A stretch of DNA of 64,000 bases from Thermoproteota archaeon (GCA_026986575.1 JALSOH010000009.1:128001-192000); one strand, 5' to 3'. Shown: positions 1-9,231, counted from the first letter of the stretch. Program-made: numbers and translations. Notes: generated by a model not told the origin, from the sequence alone.

Positions 1-1
1 G

Positions 2-826
2 GAAAAGCTCAGGGCTTTCGCCGAGAGGGTCAGGGAACTGGCCGAGTTGGTCGATGAACTGGATGTAAGTGTGGCCACCTCCAAAGGATCGGCGGAGCAG
101 GCTAGAGTGGCCTTCGGGCTCGGAATTCCGTTCGTGGCCCTCAACGATAACGACCTGTCGCCTCACGTGATCACCAAGCTGACCTTCCCCCTCTCCACCG
201 TCGCGGTGGTGCCGGAGTGCTTCCGAGGTCCGATCTACGGGCCCACTCTGAGGTTCAAGGGGATCTTCGAGGTATCACACGTCCTCGATTACCTTGAGGA
301 GCCGACGAGGGAGGAACTCAGGCATCTGGGGCTAAGAGAGAGGGGATACGTTATAGTCAGACCCCCGCCCGTAGGATCCCATTACTTAGAAGTTGCGGAG
401 CACTTCGAGGATGCGGTGAGCAGGCTACTCCTCTCTACGGGCTTGGATGAGGTCAGGATGCCGAGGGAAGGCGGGATCATCCTGCCCGACGGATCTAGGT
501 ACGAGGGCGTGGTCGACGGATTGGATCTGATCTCCACCTCCGCCGGAGTCCTCTCCGGTGGGGGGACTATGATAAGGGAGGCGGCGCTCCTCGGCATTCC
601 CGCGATATCCCTATTCCCTAGGGAGGAGCCGTGCGTCACCGAGGTTCTGATGAGGGAGGGCCTGATAGTTAAGGCCAGGGAGGACACCGTGATCAGGGCC
701 TACGAGAGGTTGCTGGAGGACATGAGCTCAGGCGAGCTCGAGAGGAGGGCTAAGAGGTTCCTCAAATCGGTCGGCGACCCTCTAGACACAGTTGCTAGGG
801 CGCTAGAGGAGGCAGAGAGGTCTTGA
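2..826 (+). CDS. DUF354 family protein (GT-B fold/UDP-GlcNAc epimerase-like), 5'-truncated by the window edge
   Basis: Frame is open from position 2. Motifs SKGSAEQARVAFGLGIP..DN and SGGGTMIREAALLGIPAIS are typical of archaeal DUF354. Confidence 0.8.
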   Translation, partial: EKLRAFAERVRELAELVDELDVSVATSKGSAEQARVAFGLGIPFVALNDNDLSPHVITKLTFPLSTVAVVPECFRGPIYGPTLRFKGIFEVSHVLDYLEEPTREELRHLGLRERGYVIVRPPPVGSHYLEVAEHFEDAVSRLLLSTGLDEVRMPREGGIILPDGSRYEGVVDGLDLISTSAGVLSGGGTMIREAALLGIPAISLFPREEPCVTEVLMREGLIVKAREDTVIRAYERLLEDMSSGELERRAKRFLKSVGDPLDTVARALEEAERS

Positions 827-1203
827 GATCTCGCCTGAGGATCTCCATATTAAGAGAAAGCTCCGGACAGCCGCTGAGACTCTCACAGGTCGAGAAGACG
901 GAGCTCCTGAAGATACACTCCTTCATGAGGAGGTTGAGGGACCGGTTTCCGGACGCCCAGCTGGTGATCTCGGGCCCCAATCTTCACGTGACCCTCCCCA
1001 TACCGGATGACCCTGAGGAGTTCGAGGCCATAATCTCGCCACTAGCCAATAGGGTCAGGGTGATCGTGCTCCTTTGGTCGCCCCGCATATCTTGCTACTT
1101 GGATCTGTGCGCTAACCTGTTAGCCGCCTGCGAGAACCACTTAGTAGTGGAGGGAGACAACGATCTCGTTGAAGAGGTCGCCAGACTGTGGAGAACGGCT
1201 TGA
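823..1203 (+). CDS. hypothetical protein
   Basis: 126-aa ORF overlapping the upstream stop (TTGA); host-like codon usage; no recognised motif. Confidence 0.55.
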   Translation: MRSRLRISILRESSGQPLRLSQVEKTELLKIHSFMRRLRDRFPDAQLVISGPNLHVTLPIPDDPEEFEAIISPLANRVRVIVLLWSPRISCYLDLCANLLAACENHLVVEGDNDLVEEVARLWRTA

Positions 1204-1212
1204 TTCTGAGGA

Positions 1213-2688
1213 TCAGAAGGGGCCCGCTCTGTAGCCCAGTCCTTCTTTCTCCAACTCCCCCCACTCGAACCTCTTTCCCTTAGCTCTGGCGATGAAGGTG
1301 TCCAGTAGGGCCTTCACCATCCAGGCCTCGTGCATCTGCTTGTACCCGACGACGAATAAGGGTAGGATCGCCAGGGTTATGTCCTCCTCCCCAGCGATCT
1401 GCAGTGAGAGGAGGAATATGAGGAACTGCATGAAGGAGAAAAGGATGAACTGCATTAGCAGGGGTATGAACCGACCGTGAATCAGGCCTAGAGCTAGGGA
1501 GAAGAGGACCGCCACATCCACCAGCGGGATTACGATGAGCTGCATGATCAACGCAGGAAACACCAGCCTCTGCAGGTATCCGTACCTCAGATTTAATAGA
1601 GCGTCCCTGTGCTTCAGGAGGACCTCGAAAGCCCCCCTGTACCACCTCATCCTCTGCCTGTACAGATCCCTGAGCTTCTTAGGCACTTCCGTAAATGCAA
1701 CGGCCAGGGAGCTGGCTTGCACTATCCTACCCGTCTTCAGCGCCTTTATAGTGATGTCAAAATCCTCGGTCACGACGTCCGTGTCGTACATCCCTGTGGA
1801 GCGAAGGACTTCCCTCCTGAATCCTCCGAATGATCCCGAGATTATCATGACGGCGCCGAACACGTCAAGCGCCCTCCTAGCGAAGTTGAAGCTGAGGATG
1901 TACTCTATGGCCTGAAGCTTCGTGAGGAGGTTCACCCTATTCCTGACCAGTACGTTACCCGAGACTGCGGAGACCTCGGGGTCTTGGAACCTCCTCACCA
2001 GCTCGGTTATGGACCTCCTGCCCACCAGCGTGTCTGCATCCACTACCACTATCACATCTCCCTTTGCGAACCTCATGCCGAAGTTCAGGGCCGAGGCCTT
2101 CCCTCTACCCCCGTGCTCCTTCCTGAGCACCTTGACCTTCTTGCTGACGTACCTCGACGCGATCTCGAATGTCCTGTCTGTTGAGGCATCATCCACCACT
2201 ATCACCTCCTTGGGCTCGTAATCGGTTTCGAGGATGGATTCTATCGTCGCTGCAATGGTCCTCTCCTCGTTTCTGGCCGGAACTATGACGGAGACCAGCG
2301 GCCGGTAGAGGAGAGGCCTTCCGACCTCTTGGAGCTCCCTGTACTTGTGGTAGATGGCGAGGGGAGACATGAGCATGTAGTTCCAGGTTATGAGGGTCAG
2401 TCCGAAGGCTAGCAGGGAGTTCAATAGCCCGGGAAACTTGGCGTATCCCTCGTAGAGGACGACGGCAGCCAATGCAATGGGCACGATCACCATGAGGATG
2501 GAGAGCTCCGTAAGCCCTCTCTTGAAGCTGAGCCCCCTCTTTCCCCTCCTGAAGGCCTCAGCCAAGTAATAGAGAGTGAGGGCCGAAGCTATTAGGAGGG
2601 AAACTATGGTAAGTCTCCCAGGTATCACCAGCGGGATCAGGGCGATACTGATGTAGAGCGTCACAACGGTGAGGTAAATCCTCCACAC
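1213..2688 (-). CDS. processive membrane GT2 glycosyltransferase (PgaC/IcaA/cellulose-synthase-like)
   Basis: PARNE, DDAS.D, GKASALN, DAD, TED and QRMRW (QxxRW) motifs; N- and C-terminal TM helices. Confidence 0.9.
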   Translation of the reverse strand: MWRIYLTVVTLYISIALIPLVIPGRLTIVSLLIASALTLYYLAEAFRRGKRGLSFKRGLTELSILMVIVPIALAAVVLYEGYAKFPGLLNSLLAFGLTLITWNYMLMSPLAIYHKYRELQEVGRPLLYRPLVSVIVPARNEERTIAATIESILETDYEPKEVIVVDDASTDRTFEIASRYVSKKVKVLRKEHGGRGKASALNFGMRFAKGDVIVVVDADTLVGRRSITELVRRFQDPEVSAVSGNVLVRNRVNLLTKLQAIEYILSFNFARRALDVFGAVMIISGSFGGFRREVLRSTGMYDTDVVTEDFDITIKALKTGRIVQASSLAVAFTEVPKKLRDLYRQRMRWYRGAFEVLLKHRDALLNLRYGYLQRLVFPALIMQLIVIPLVDVAVLFSLALGLIHGRFIPLLMQFILFSFMQFLIFLLSLQIAGEEDITLAILPLFVVGYKQMHEAWMVKALLDTFIARAKGKRFEWGELEKEGLGYRAGPF

Positions 2689-2700
2689 GCGAACACCCCT

Positions 2701-3726
2701 TCAGGGGGCGCCGTGGTCCTTCTCTAGGAGCTTCTCCCCAGCTACGAGCTCTCTCAGCATCTGGATCAATCTCTCGATCAGATCCTCGCGCCTAGAGGAT
2801 TCAATCAGCGTAATTCCGTACCTACGAGCAACGTCCCTCAACCTCTCATCCAACGAGGACGGAATCGCGAGTATCCAGTACTTGGCGTTGGCGTCGAATG
2901 CCTTCGCGAAGAACCTCAGCAAATCCTCTTCCCTCAGCTGCTTCCCGGGAGGGACGATATCAATAACCGCCACAGGTATCGGCTCGTCTGAGGACCTGAT
3001 CACGAAAGTAAAACTTTGCTCTATGCCCGAGACGCCCTTAACCTTGGCTCCCGGGCCCTCTACAGTTATGCCGAGTTCAAGTAACCTGTCGGCCATCTCA
3101 CTGAGGAAGGACGCCTCCTCCAGAGATCTTACCCTCTCTGGGACGACCCTGTAGCGGTATACCCTCGCGATCCTCAGGTCCTTAATGGAGTTCTCCTTAC
3201 CACAGTCGGCACACACGAACTTGAGCTCAGGCAGGGAGAAGAACTCCCCGCAGTCAGAGCACAGATAGATGTCGGCAGTCCTGAGGTAGTCCACCCCAAT
3301 AGCCCTGAGCTTCTTCCCGCATTTGGGACAGACCATCTCTCCACTGGGGGTCTTGAAGTCCGTCTCCGGTCCAGAATAGCCGCAGGCGAGATGCTCGATG
3401 ACCGTGGTCCTGCTAAAGTTGATCGATCCGCAGTAGGGACAGACGGGTCTGATAGTGAGCCTATGGGAGCCGCATCTCCCGCACACAGCGATATTATCGT
3501 GGAGCTCTGCCCTCAGGATACCTTCCCTTGTCAACTCCCTCAGGACATCCTCCACCCCCTCACAATCCCGAACCCCCATTTCCCCGAGCAAGGGACAGTA
3601 GGTGAAGCCCTCATCGGGATCGAAAACTGGAACTAGCTCTTGGAGGTCCCCCGAGAGTATAAGGTTCATCAGCCTTCTCTTGAGGGCGATCCTCCCCCGG
3701 TCCAATCCATCGTCCTTTACGGCCAT
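2701..3726 (-). CDS. TackOD1-type multi-zinc-ribbon protein with C-terminal restriction-endonuclease-like domain
   Basis: CGRCGS, CPYCGS, EHLACG, CPKCGK..IGVDY, CSDCGE and CADCG match the TackOD1 pattern; C-terminal KVKGVSGIEQSFTFV resembles Mrr-like REase domains. Confidence 0.75.
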   Translation of the reverse strand: MAVKDDGLDRGRIALKRRLMNLILSGDLQELVPVFDPDEGFTYCPLLGEMGVRDCEGVEDVLRELTREGILRAELHDNIAVCGRCGSHRLTIRPVCPYCGSINFSRTTVIEHLACGYSGPETDFKTPSGEMVCPKCGKKLRAIGVDYLRTADIYLCSDCGEFFSLPELKFVCADCGKENSIKDLRIARVYRYRVVPERVRSLEEASFLSEMADRLLELGITVEGPGAKVKGVSGIEQSFTFVIRSSDEPIPVAVIDIVPPGKQLREEDLLRFFAKAFDANAKYWILAIPSSLDERLRDVARRYGITLIESSRREDLIERLIQMLRELVAGEKLLEKDHGAP

Positions 3727-3772
3727 CTTCGTTTACCGTACCCACGAGTAATATTAAGGATGTCGCGGTTTA

Positions 3773-3827
3773 CCCTGAAAAAGAAGTCGGTATCCGAGCT
3801 TTTCAGGGACAGCCCCCTCGGGGAGGC
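3773..3827. other. two adjacent stem-loops in the V4R-TackOD1 intergenic region (possible terminator or structured RNA)
   Basis: CCCTGAAAA(3773)...TTTTCAGGG(3808) with inner TCGG-tat-CCGA, followed by GCCCCC-TC-GGGGAGGC. Confidence 0.4.
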
Positions 3828-3837
3828 GCCCTCGCCC

Positions 3838-4674
3838 TTACCGTCTCGGCGTGAGAACCAGCTCACAGTGCTCATCCCCCCTAGCGACGCACCTCTCCTC
3901 ATGAGATTCGTACTCGACCCCCATGATCTCCGACACCGCACCCTCTATTATACCCCTCACCATGCTGCATCCCACATCCTCACTGCTCTCCACGAGATTG
4001 GGATTCTCCTCTAATATTTCCTTGAGAGAAGTGCATTCAATGCATTCGTACTTTCTAACAACTATATCTTCGCCCCTCCTCTCCACCTCGGCAATCCCGT
4101 ACCCTAGGGATTGAAAGAGGGGTAAGGCGACCTTCTTCACCACCTCAAAGGGATCGTCGATCTCCAATTCCTCGGACAGGGATACATGCTTCCTCGAGAG
4201 CCCCCTCCCCATCCTCACGCCCACCTGATAGAGAATGCCAGAGGCAGCCCTCGGGCCTATAGCCTCTATCAGTCCCCTAATCAGCTCCTTCATGGCGGAC
4301 TTCCTCAGCATGACGATTCTCTCGCCGAAGACAGTGGGAGGGAATGAAGTGGTGTCCGCTATCAATCCCCTCGTCACGGGTTCGAAGATCCTCACTTCTC
4401 CGATGCTCTTAACGCCAGAGATCCTCTCCACGAGTTCCTGGGAGTCCACCTCCTTATCCGTGATGTCCACAACGAGGATCATCCTCGGCTCAGCACCCAC
4501 CGAATAGCCGTAGATGTAGTTTATGTTCAGCTCCATATCTTCTATTATCCCGGAGATCTCCCTTAGTAGTCCGGGTCTATCCTCCTTGAACGTGAGCGAG
4601 AGACCCAGGAAATCCCTACCGGGAGAGATGAGGACATTCCTAAACTCCAGAGGCTTGGGATCGTCCATCATCAA
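3838..4674 (-). CDS. ACT + V4R domain small-molecule-sensing protein
   Basis: N-terminal ACT signature DRPGLLREIS..NI; C-terminal V4R ECIEC...C.MVRG...EERCVARGDEHC. Confidence 0.85.
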   Translation of the reverse strand: MMMDDPKPLEFRNVLISPGRDFLGLSLTFKEDRPGLLREISGIIEDMELNINYIYGYSVGAEPRMILVVDITDKEVDSQELVERISGVKSIGEVRIFEPVTRGLIADTTSFPPTVFGERIVMLRKSAMKELIRGLIEAIGPRAASGILYQVGVRMGRGLSRKHVSLSEELEIDDPFEVVKKVALPLFQSLGYGIAEVERRGEDIVVRKYECIECTSLKEILEENPNLVESSEDVGCSMVRGIIEGAVSEIMGVEYESHEERCVARGDEHCELVLTPRR

Positions 4675-4711
4675 TTACACCCGAAACATGTTGATGAAGG
4701 GGCTCATCGGT

Positions 4712-5515
4712 CTACGCCCTCTGTACCAACCTAAGCTCGCAATAACCGTCCCCCGCAGCCATGCACTTGACCTCCTCAACCGAAACCTCCTTTCCCAAGA
4801 CGGATGTGAGGACACCAGCCCACATTCCCCTTATCAAGCTGCAGGAAGCCCTATCTGTTATACCGGCGACCTCACACTCTATGTTCCTGTAGAGCCTTAT
4901 CTCGCCGCCTTCTCGGGACAGGTGGAGTTCCGCCTCGCCGTAACCTAGGGTCTTAAAGAGGGGGACGGTCACCAGCTCGAGCACATCCTTCGGATCCTCG
5001 ATGCCGACAGATCTGGCGATCTTCTTGTGGTCCTCCCCAGCCCCCAAACCCATCTCGAACCCAATGTTGTAAAGCAAAGCGTCCGCTGCTTCGGGTCCTA
5101 TCCTCTTCGTGAGTTCATTCTTGGCGCTCCTCAGGAGGACATCCCTCATTATGGCAACCCTGTTGTCACCGACGTAGGCCGGAAAGTTCAGAGTATCTAT
5201 GAGCAGGCCCTCCCTTACTGGGAGGATCAGATCCACGTTTCCCACGCCCTCTATTCTGTTCAGTGCTTCCATTAACTCCTCGAAGTCCAGAGCAGATTCT
5301 GAAGCATCCAGGATGAGGAAGATAGTACCCTTACCGCCCTCGCTGACCTGCAGGTGGAGATAGAGGATGTCACCCCCTCTCTGGGCCACTGCTTGGGCTA
5401 CATCCCTCAGTATACCGACCCTGTTCTCGGTTATGTCCATCGAATAAGCTGCAAGCCTCCTGCCCGGACTGACTGCGTACCTGCCCAAGTTGATGGGCCT
5501 ATTCCTCCCCCTCAC
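4712..5515 (-). CDS. ACT + V4R domain protein (tandem paralog)
   Basis: ACT ENRVGILRDVA; V4R NIEC...CSLIRG...EVKCMAAGDGYC. Start placed at GTG 5515, downstream of a TTTTATAT box (track ORF runs to 5602). Confidence 0.8.
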   Translation of the reverse strand: MRGRNRPINLGRYAVSPGRRLAAYSMDITENRVGILRDVAQAVAQRGGDILYLHLQVSEGGKGTIFLILDASESALDFEELMEALNRIEGVGNVDLILPVREGLLIDTLNFPAYVGDNRVAIMRDVLLRSAKNELTKRIGPEAADALLYNIGFEMGLGAGEDHKKIARSVGIEDPKDVLELVTVPLFKTLGYGEAELHLSREGGEIRLYRNIECEVAGITDRASCSLIRGMWAGVLTSVLGKEVSVEEVKCMAAGDGYCELRLVQRA

Positions 5516-5714
5516 AACCCTCAGCCCCCGATCGAGCAACCTTTGTATTCGCATATAAAAGATCCGGTATAATATAGAAACAAACTCAACAATTCTCATC
5601 AAACTTTAAAGAATTATGGGATGCACTGAAAATTTAGTCTGTGAGGGAAACTGCATCTCTCGAGAGCTGGGGGAAATCTAATTTACTGGCCGTGTGTCTT
5701 GGAGAGGTGATAGC

Positions 5715-7517
5715 ATGCTGATCAGGAAGGATCACTTGAAGCTGCTCCTCCGACTCGGCGAGGATGGTAAGGAGGCCTTGGAATTCAGGGGAGAGAGGAG
5801 GGTAGATGAACTAGTCTTCTCGAGGAGGATAACTGAGCTGAAGGTTCTGGGACTCGTGGATATATCGGACGGGACCATAAACCTCACATCAGCCGGGAGG
5901 AAGCTGGTTGAGGCCCTGAGGAGAGCTGAGCTGGATGTGGAGTCCCTACCCGACGTCTGGGTCGATACCCCCATTTACAAGATGGTGGAACTGGCGGTTA
6001 GAACAGGTCGTATCCTCCCCAATTGGGAGGGCGCGCTGAGGGAGAGGGGGTTCTGGGAAGACGGGCCTACCGACTTGGCCAAGGAGCTCTTGGAGGTTAG
6101 GGGGCAGTCGAGACCCTCCTTGCTGCTAGCTACCGAACTATCGGACTTCATAGAGGTTATACCGCCGGGCCCGGAGGACTTAGGAGAGCTGATAAGGATA
6201 AGGGACGAGCTGGGCTTCGGAAAGTGGGTCGTGAACGCCCTTCAGGCGATGGATCTCCTCTACATATCCCCGCCTGATGAGTTCGGCGCCGTATACACGC
6301 TGACACCTGCAGGGAGGAAGGCCAGGGAGTCTATATGGCTGATCTCCGTAGTGACAACTCAGATAACCGTCGATCAGCGGACTGCGGAGCAGATAGAGAG
6401 AGGGGAGTCCACAGAGAGGCTGGTGGAGATGGGCCTTGCTGACAGCAGCGGAATAACCGAAGCTGGAAGGGGAATGCTGGCGGCTTACAGGGAAATGGGT
6501 GTAGTTAGGAGGCCCACGACACCGTTCTACTTCACAGTAGAGGAGATCAGGGTCCTCAAGGCTATAGAGGAGGCCGAGAGGAAGAGGGAGATGAACCCGG
6601 AGATACTACCCACTAAGGGGTGGATAGAGGATAAATCGGGCATAGCCGATGTGGGAGAAGCCCTAATCCTCTTGGAGTCGAAGGGACTCGTGGAGAGGAG
6701 GGAGATAGAGATGAAGGACACTTACTGGTTCACTGAACACGGGAGGCAGGCCTACAACCTAGTGAAGGAAAGCAGCGAGGACATCACGAGCGAATCGATG
6801 AAAGCCGTGACCTACCCCCTTGCTGGCGAGGTCCCAATGGCCGAGTGGGTCAGGCAGGCCAAGAGGCACGGTTTCGTGGACAAGGACCTCACCAAGAGGG
6901 GTAGGCTACTGGTTGAGCTGAGCAGCAGGGTGGTGAGGAGGCCCGTGCTCACAGCTTACGACGTAGCCATCCTGATGAAGATCCCCAAGGGGAAGTACGT
7001 GGGTAGGGAGGAACTTGTCAGCGCAGTGGACGAGTATCTAGGGGTGAAGGACGATGAGGAGGCCAGGAGAATAGTCAGGAAGGCTATATCAGAGGCCGAA
7101 TCCAAGGGACTCGTGATTATGCTCCAGAACAGGACCGTCGGCCTGACGCCCATAGGGGAGGTGATGAAGGACGTGGTCGCCTTCGGGAACACCCAGACCA
7201 TGAAGACCATGAAGTTCCCGGTCACCCCCACCGTTTACTGGGTCTTGAGGGTCATCTCGGAGAACATAGATGAGTTAAAGGAGGCATGGAGGAAGGGGAT
7301 CGATGTGGTGAACGTGGAGGCCAAGATCGTGTACAACCACCTGAAGAAGTACACGTCCGTTACCGACGAGGAGATAAAGAAGGCCTTCGTGATCCTCAGG
7401 AGGACGGGCCTCTTGGGAAAGATGGGTCCCACCTCAGCAGGAGAGCTCCTGTTAGAGGTCGGCAGAATGTTCGAAAGGCTCCCAGAGGAGGAGAAATGGG
7501 TAAGGGACATCGGCTAG
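5715..7517 (+). CDS. DUF505-like protein with repeated winged-helix units
   Basis: About 600 aa with many wHTH-type wing motifs (LTSAGR, LTPAGR, ITEAGR, FTEHGR, LTKRGR, LTPIGE, PTSAGE); ATG 5715 follows a GAGGTGA RBS. Confidence 0.7.
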   Translation: MLIRKDHLKLLLRLGEDGKEALEFRGERRVDELVFSRRITELKVLGLVDISDGTINLTSAGRKLVEALRRAELDVESLPDVWVDTPIYKMVELAVRTGRILPNWEGALRERGFWEDGPTDLAKELLEVRGQSRPSLLLATELSDFIEVIPPGPEDLGELIRIRDELGFGKWVVNALQAMDLLYISPPDEFGAVYTLTPAGRKARESIWLISVVTTQITVDQRTAEQIERGESTERLVEMGLADSSGITEAGRGMLAAYREMGVVRRPTTPFYFTVEEIRVLKAIEEAERKREMNPEILPTKGWIEDKSGIADVGEALILLESKGLVERREIEMKDTYWFTEHGRQAYNLVKESSEDITSESMKAVTYPLAGEVPMAEWVRQAKRHGFVDKDLTKRGRLLVELSSRVVRRPVLTAYDVAILMKIPKGKYVGREELVSAVDEYLGVKDDEEARRIVRKAISEAESKGLVIMLQNRTVGLTPIGEVMKDVVAFGNTQTMKTMKFPVTPTVYWVLRVISENIDELKEAWRKGIDVVNVEAKIVYNHLKKYTSVTDEEIKKAFVILRRTGLLGKMGPTSAGELLLEVGRMFERLPEEEKWVRDIG

Positions 7518-7554
7518 CTACTCCTGAGAAGACCGAATTCTATGAGATGCCCGC

Positions 7555-7572
7555 CCCTTTCTCCTTTTTTAT
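7555..7572 (+). terminator. pyrimidine/oligo-T archaeal-type terminator
   Basis: CCCTTTCTCCTTTTTTAT about 40 nt after the DUF505-like stop. Confidence 0.4.
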
Positions 7573-7704
7573 CTAGGAAAATGAGGTGAAGTCCTTGGGT
7601 TTAGAGGCTCGACCGAGAAGCCTATCTGTGTTGCAGCAGCGCCCAGACCTGCCCGTAATTAGCCTACCGAGAAAGATTATTTATCTCGGCATCCTAGTCA
7701 AATT

Positions 7705-8121
7705 GTGTCGAAGGTAGCGAACAGAATCGAGGAGATCGAGGAAGCACTGAGAGAGCTTGAAGAGCTCACCTCAATGGATCAAAGATCGTTCTTGAAGAGT
7801 AGGACGGCTAGGTTCTCGGCTAGATACTCCATAGTCCAAATTGTGGAGGCATCAGCTGACTTGGGCGTTCTCATACTGCAGATCGAGGGTGAAAGCGCTA
7901 GAAGCTATAGAGAGATCTTCAAGAAACTTGCTCTGCGTGGGATAATTTCAGTGAGTACTTTCGAGGTGATGGCCAGACTGGCATCCCTCAGGAACATGGT
8001 AGTTCACAGGTACTGGGAGGTGGACGATCTCAGGATATATAGGGAGGCTAGGTCAGGCGGATTGGAGGCTATTAGATCGTTTATAAGGGAGGTGAAGGCC
8101 TATCTATCTGAGAAGGGCTGA
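7705..8121 (+). CDS. HepT-like (DUF86) HEPN RNase toxin
   Basis: RNMVVHRYW matches Rx4HxY; SYREIF..L motif. Confidence 0.9.
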   Translation: MSKVANRIEEIEEALRELEELTSMDQRSFLKSRTARFSARYSIVQIVEASADLGVLILQIEGESARSYREIFKKLALRGIISVSTFEVMARLASLRNMVVHRYWEVDDLRIYREARSGGLEAIRSFIREVKAYLSEKG

Positions 8122-8551
8122 GGAAAGGAGGAAGTTCGAGTTCCACAGGCTGAGCGATGAGGAGAAGGCATCCATAGTTGAAAAGCTCAGAAAGGCGATT
8201 CTGAGTAGGAAGGAGGTCCTGCTTGCGGTAATTCACGGGGGATTCTTGGAGCTCAGACCTTTCAGGGACATAGATGTCGCCATATACACCGGATACTCAA
8301 TTCCCTATGAGGAGGAGCTGGATTTTTGCGAGCAGCTGAGTCTCGAGCTGACCGATATTGCTGGGATCTACGTTGATGTGAGGATGCTGGATTACTCCCC
8401 GCCGCGTTTCAGGGTCAGCGCCCTCTCCAACTGCGTGGTGCTGGTGGAGAGGTACCCGAGGGCATTCCTCCTCAGGGCATCCATCCAGGAGTTGGATGAC
8501 ATCGAGAAGAAGGTTTCCTTGGTGAGGGGATGGATCAGAGGTCGAGGTTAG
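8108..8551 (+). CDS. MNT minimal nucleotidyltransferase antitoxin
   Basis: HGGFLELRPFRDIDVA (G[S/G]..DxD). Frame is open back to CTG 8108 after GGAGGTGA; the track start at 8246 falls inside the catalytic motif. Confidence 0.85.
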   Translation: MRRAEERRKFEFHRLSDEEKASIVEKLRKAILSRKEVLLAVIHGGFLELRPFRDIDVAIYTGYSIPYEEELDFCEQLSLELTDIAGIYVDVRMLDYSPPRFRVSALSNCVVLVERYPRAFLLRASIQELDDIEKKVSLVRGWIRGRG

Positions 8552-8593
8552 TCGTTATCCGATCTTGGGTCGCCCTAACGGGCGTGCTGCCCT

Positions 8594-9004
8594 CTATCGA
8601 GTAGGAACCACCTCCACACCGAGCTTCCTCGCCCTAGATCCCATTCTCTTATCGAAGGTGGCGAGCAAGATTCCCTCCTCCCCTGCTATCCTGACGATGA
8701 CCTCGTCATTGAATCGGTTGAGTGAGATACCCTCCTCGGCTAGGGATCCTAGGGCTTTCCTTATGAGGCGCTCTTCTTCCTTGTAGGTCCTGCTCTTCTC
8801 AGACGAGATGTAGTCCTCCAGTTTATCCAGCGCCGTCGATGGACTGACTCCCATCCCCTTGAGGAACCAGATGTATTCATAAATGACTATCAGGGGAATA
8901 ACCCACTCCTCCAATTGATCTAGTAGTTGGGAAGCATCTCTATGGTGTATTGAATCCTCATACGTATCGTAGATCAGGACGTTGGTATCGATCACGGCCC
9001 TCAA
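8594..9004 (-). CDS. vapC: PIN-domain VapC toxin
   Basis: VIDTNVL, E, ND and TFD acidic PIN motifs. Confidence 0.9.
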   Translation of the reverse strand: MRAVIDTNVLIYDTYEDSIHHRDASQLLDQLEEWVIPLIVIYEYIWFLKGMGVSPSTALDKLEDYISSEKSRTYKEEERLIRKALGSLAEEGISLNRFNDEVIVRIAGEEGILLATFDKRMGSRARKLGVEVVPTR

Positions 9005-9231
9005 AAGGTTTCCCTCCTTCCCCTCTCTATCACCTCATCGATCTCCTCGATGGTAAGCTTCCTCCCCGATCTAAGGGTCTTTCTGACTCTCTTAACCTTC
9101 TTCATTACTATATGACCTTCCTCACTTACGTAAACTTCCAAGTAATCGCCTTCCCTTATGCCCAGCTCGTTCCTCACCTCGGCTGGAATGGTGACCTGGT
9201 AGTTCCTAGTGACCTTCACCCTCGGCATCAT
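9001..9231 (-). CDS. AbrB/MazE-family antitoxin (VapB)
   Basis: KVTRNYQVTIPAEVRNELGIREGD; start trimmed to ATG 9231; overlaps the vapC start. Confidence 0.9.
   Translation of the reverse strand: MMPRVKVTRNYQVTIPAEVRNELGIREGDYLEVYVSEEGHIVMKKVKRVRKTLRSGRKLTIEEIDEVIERGRRETF

Noticed and set aside
4691-4745. C/D box sRNA beginning at TTGATGA
   Set aside because: No suitably placed CTGA D box was found.
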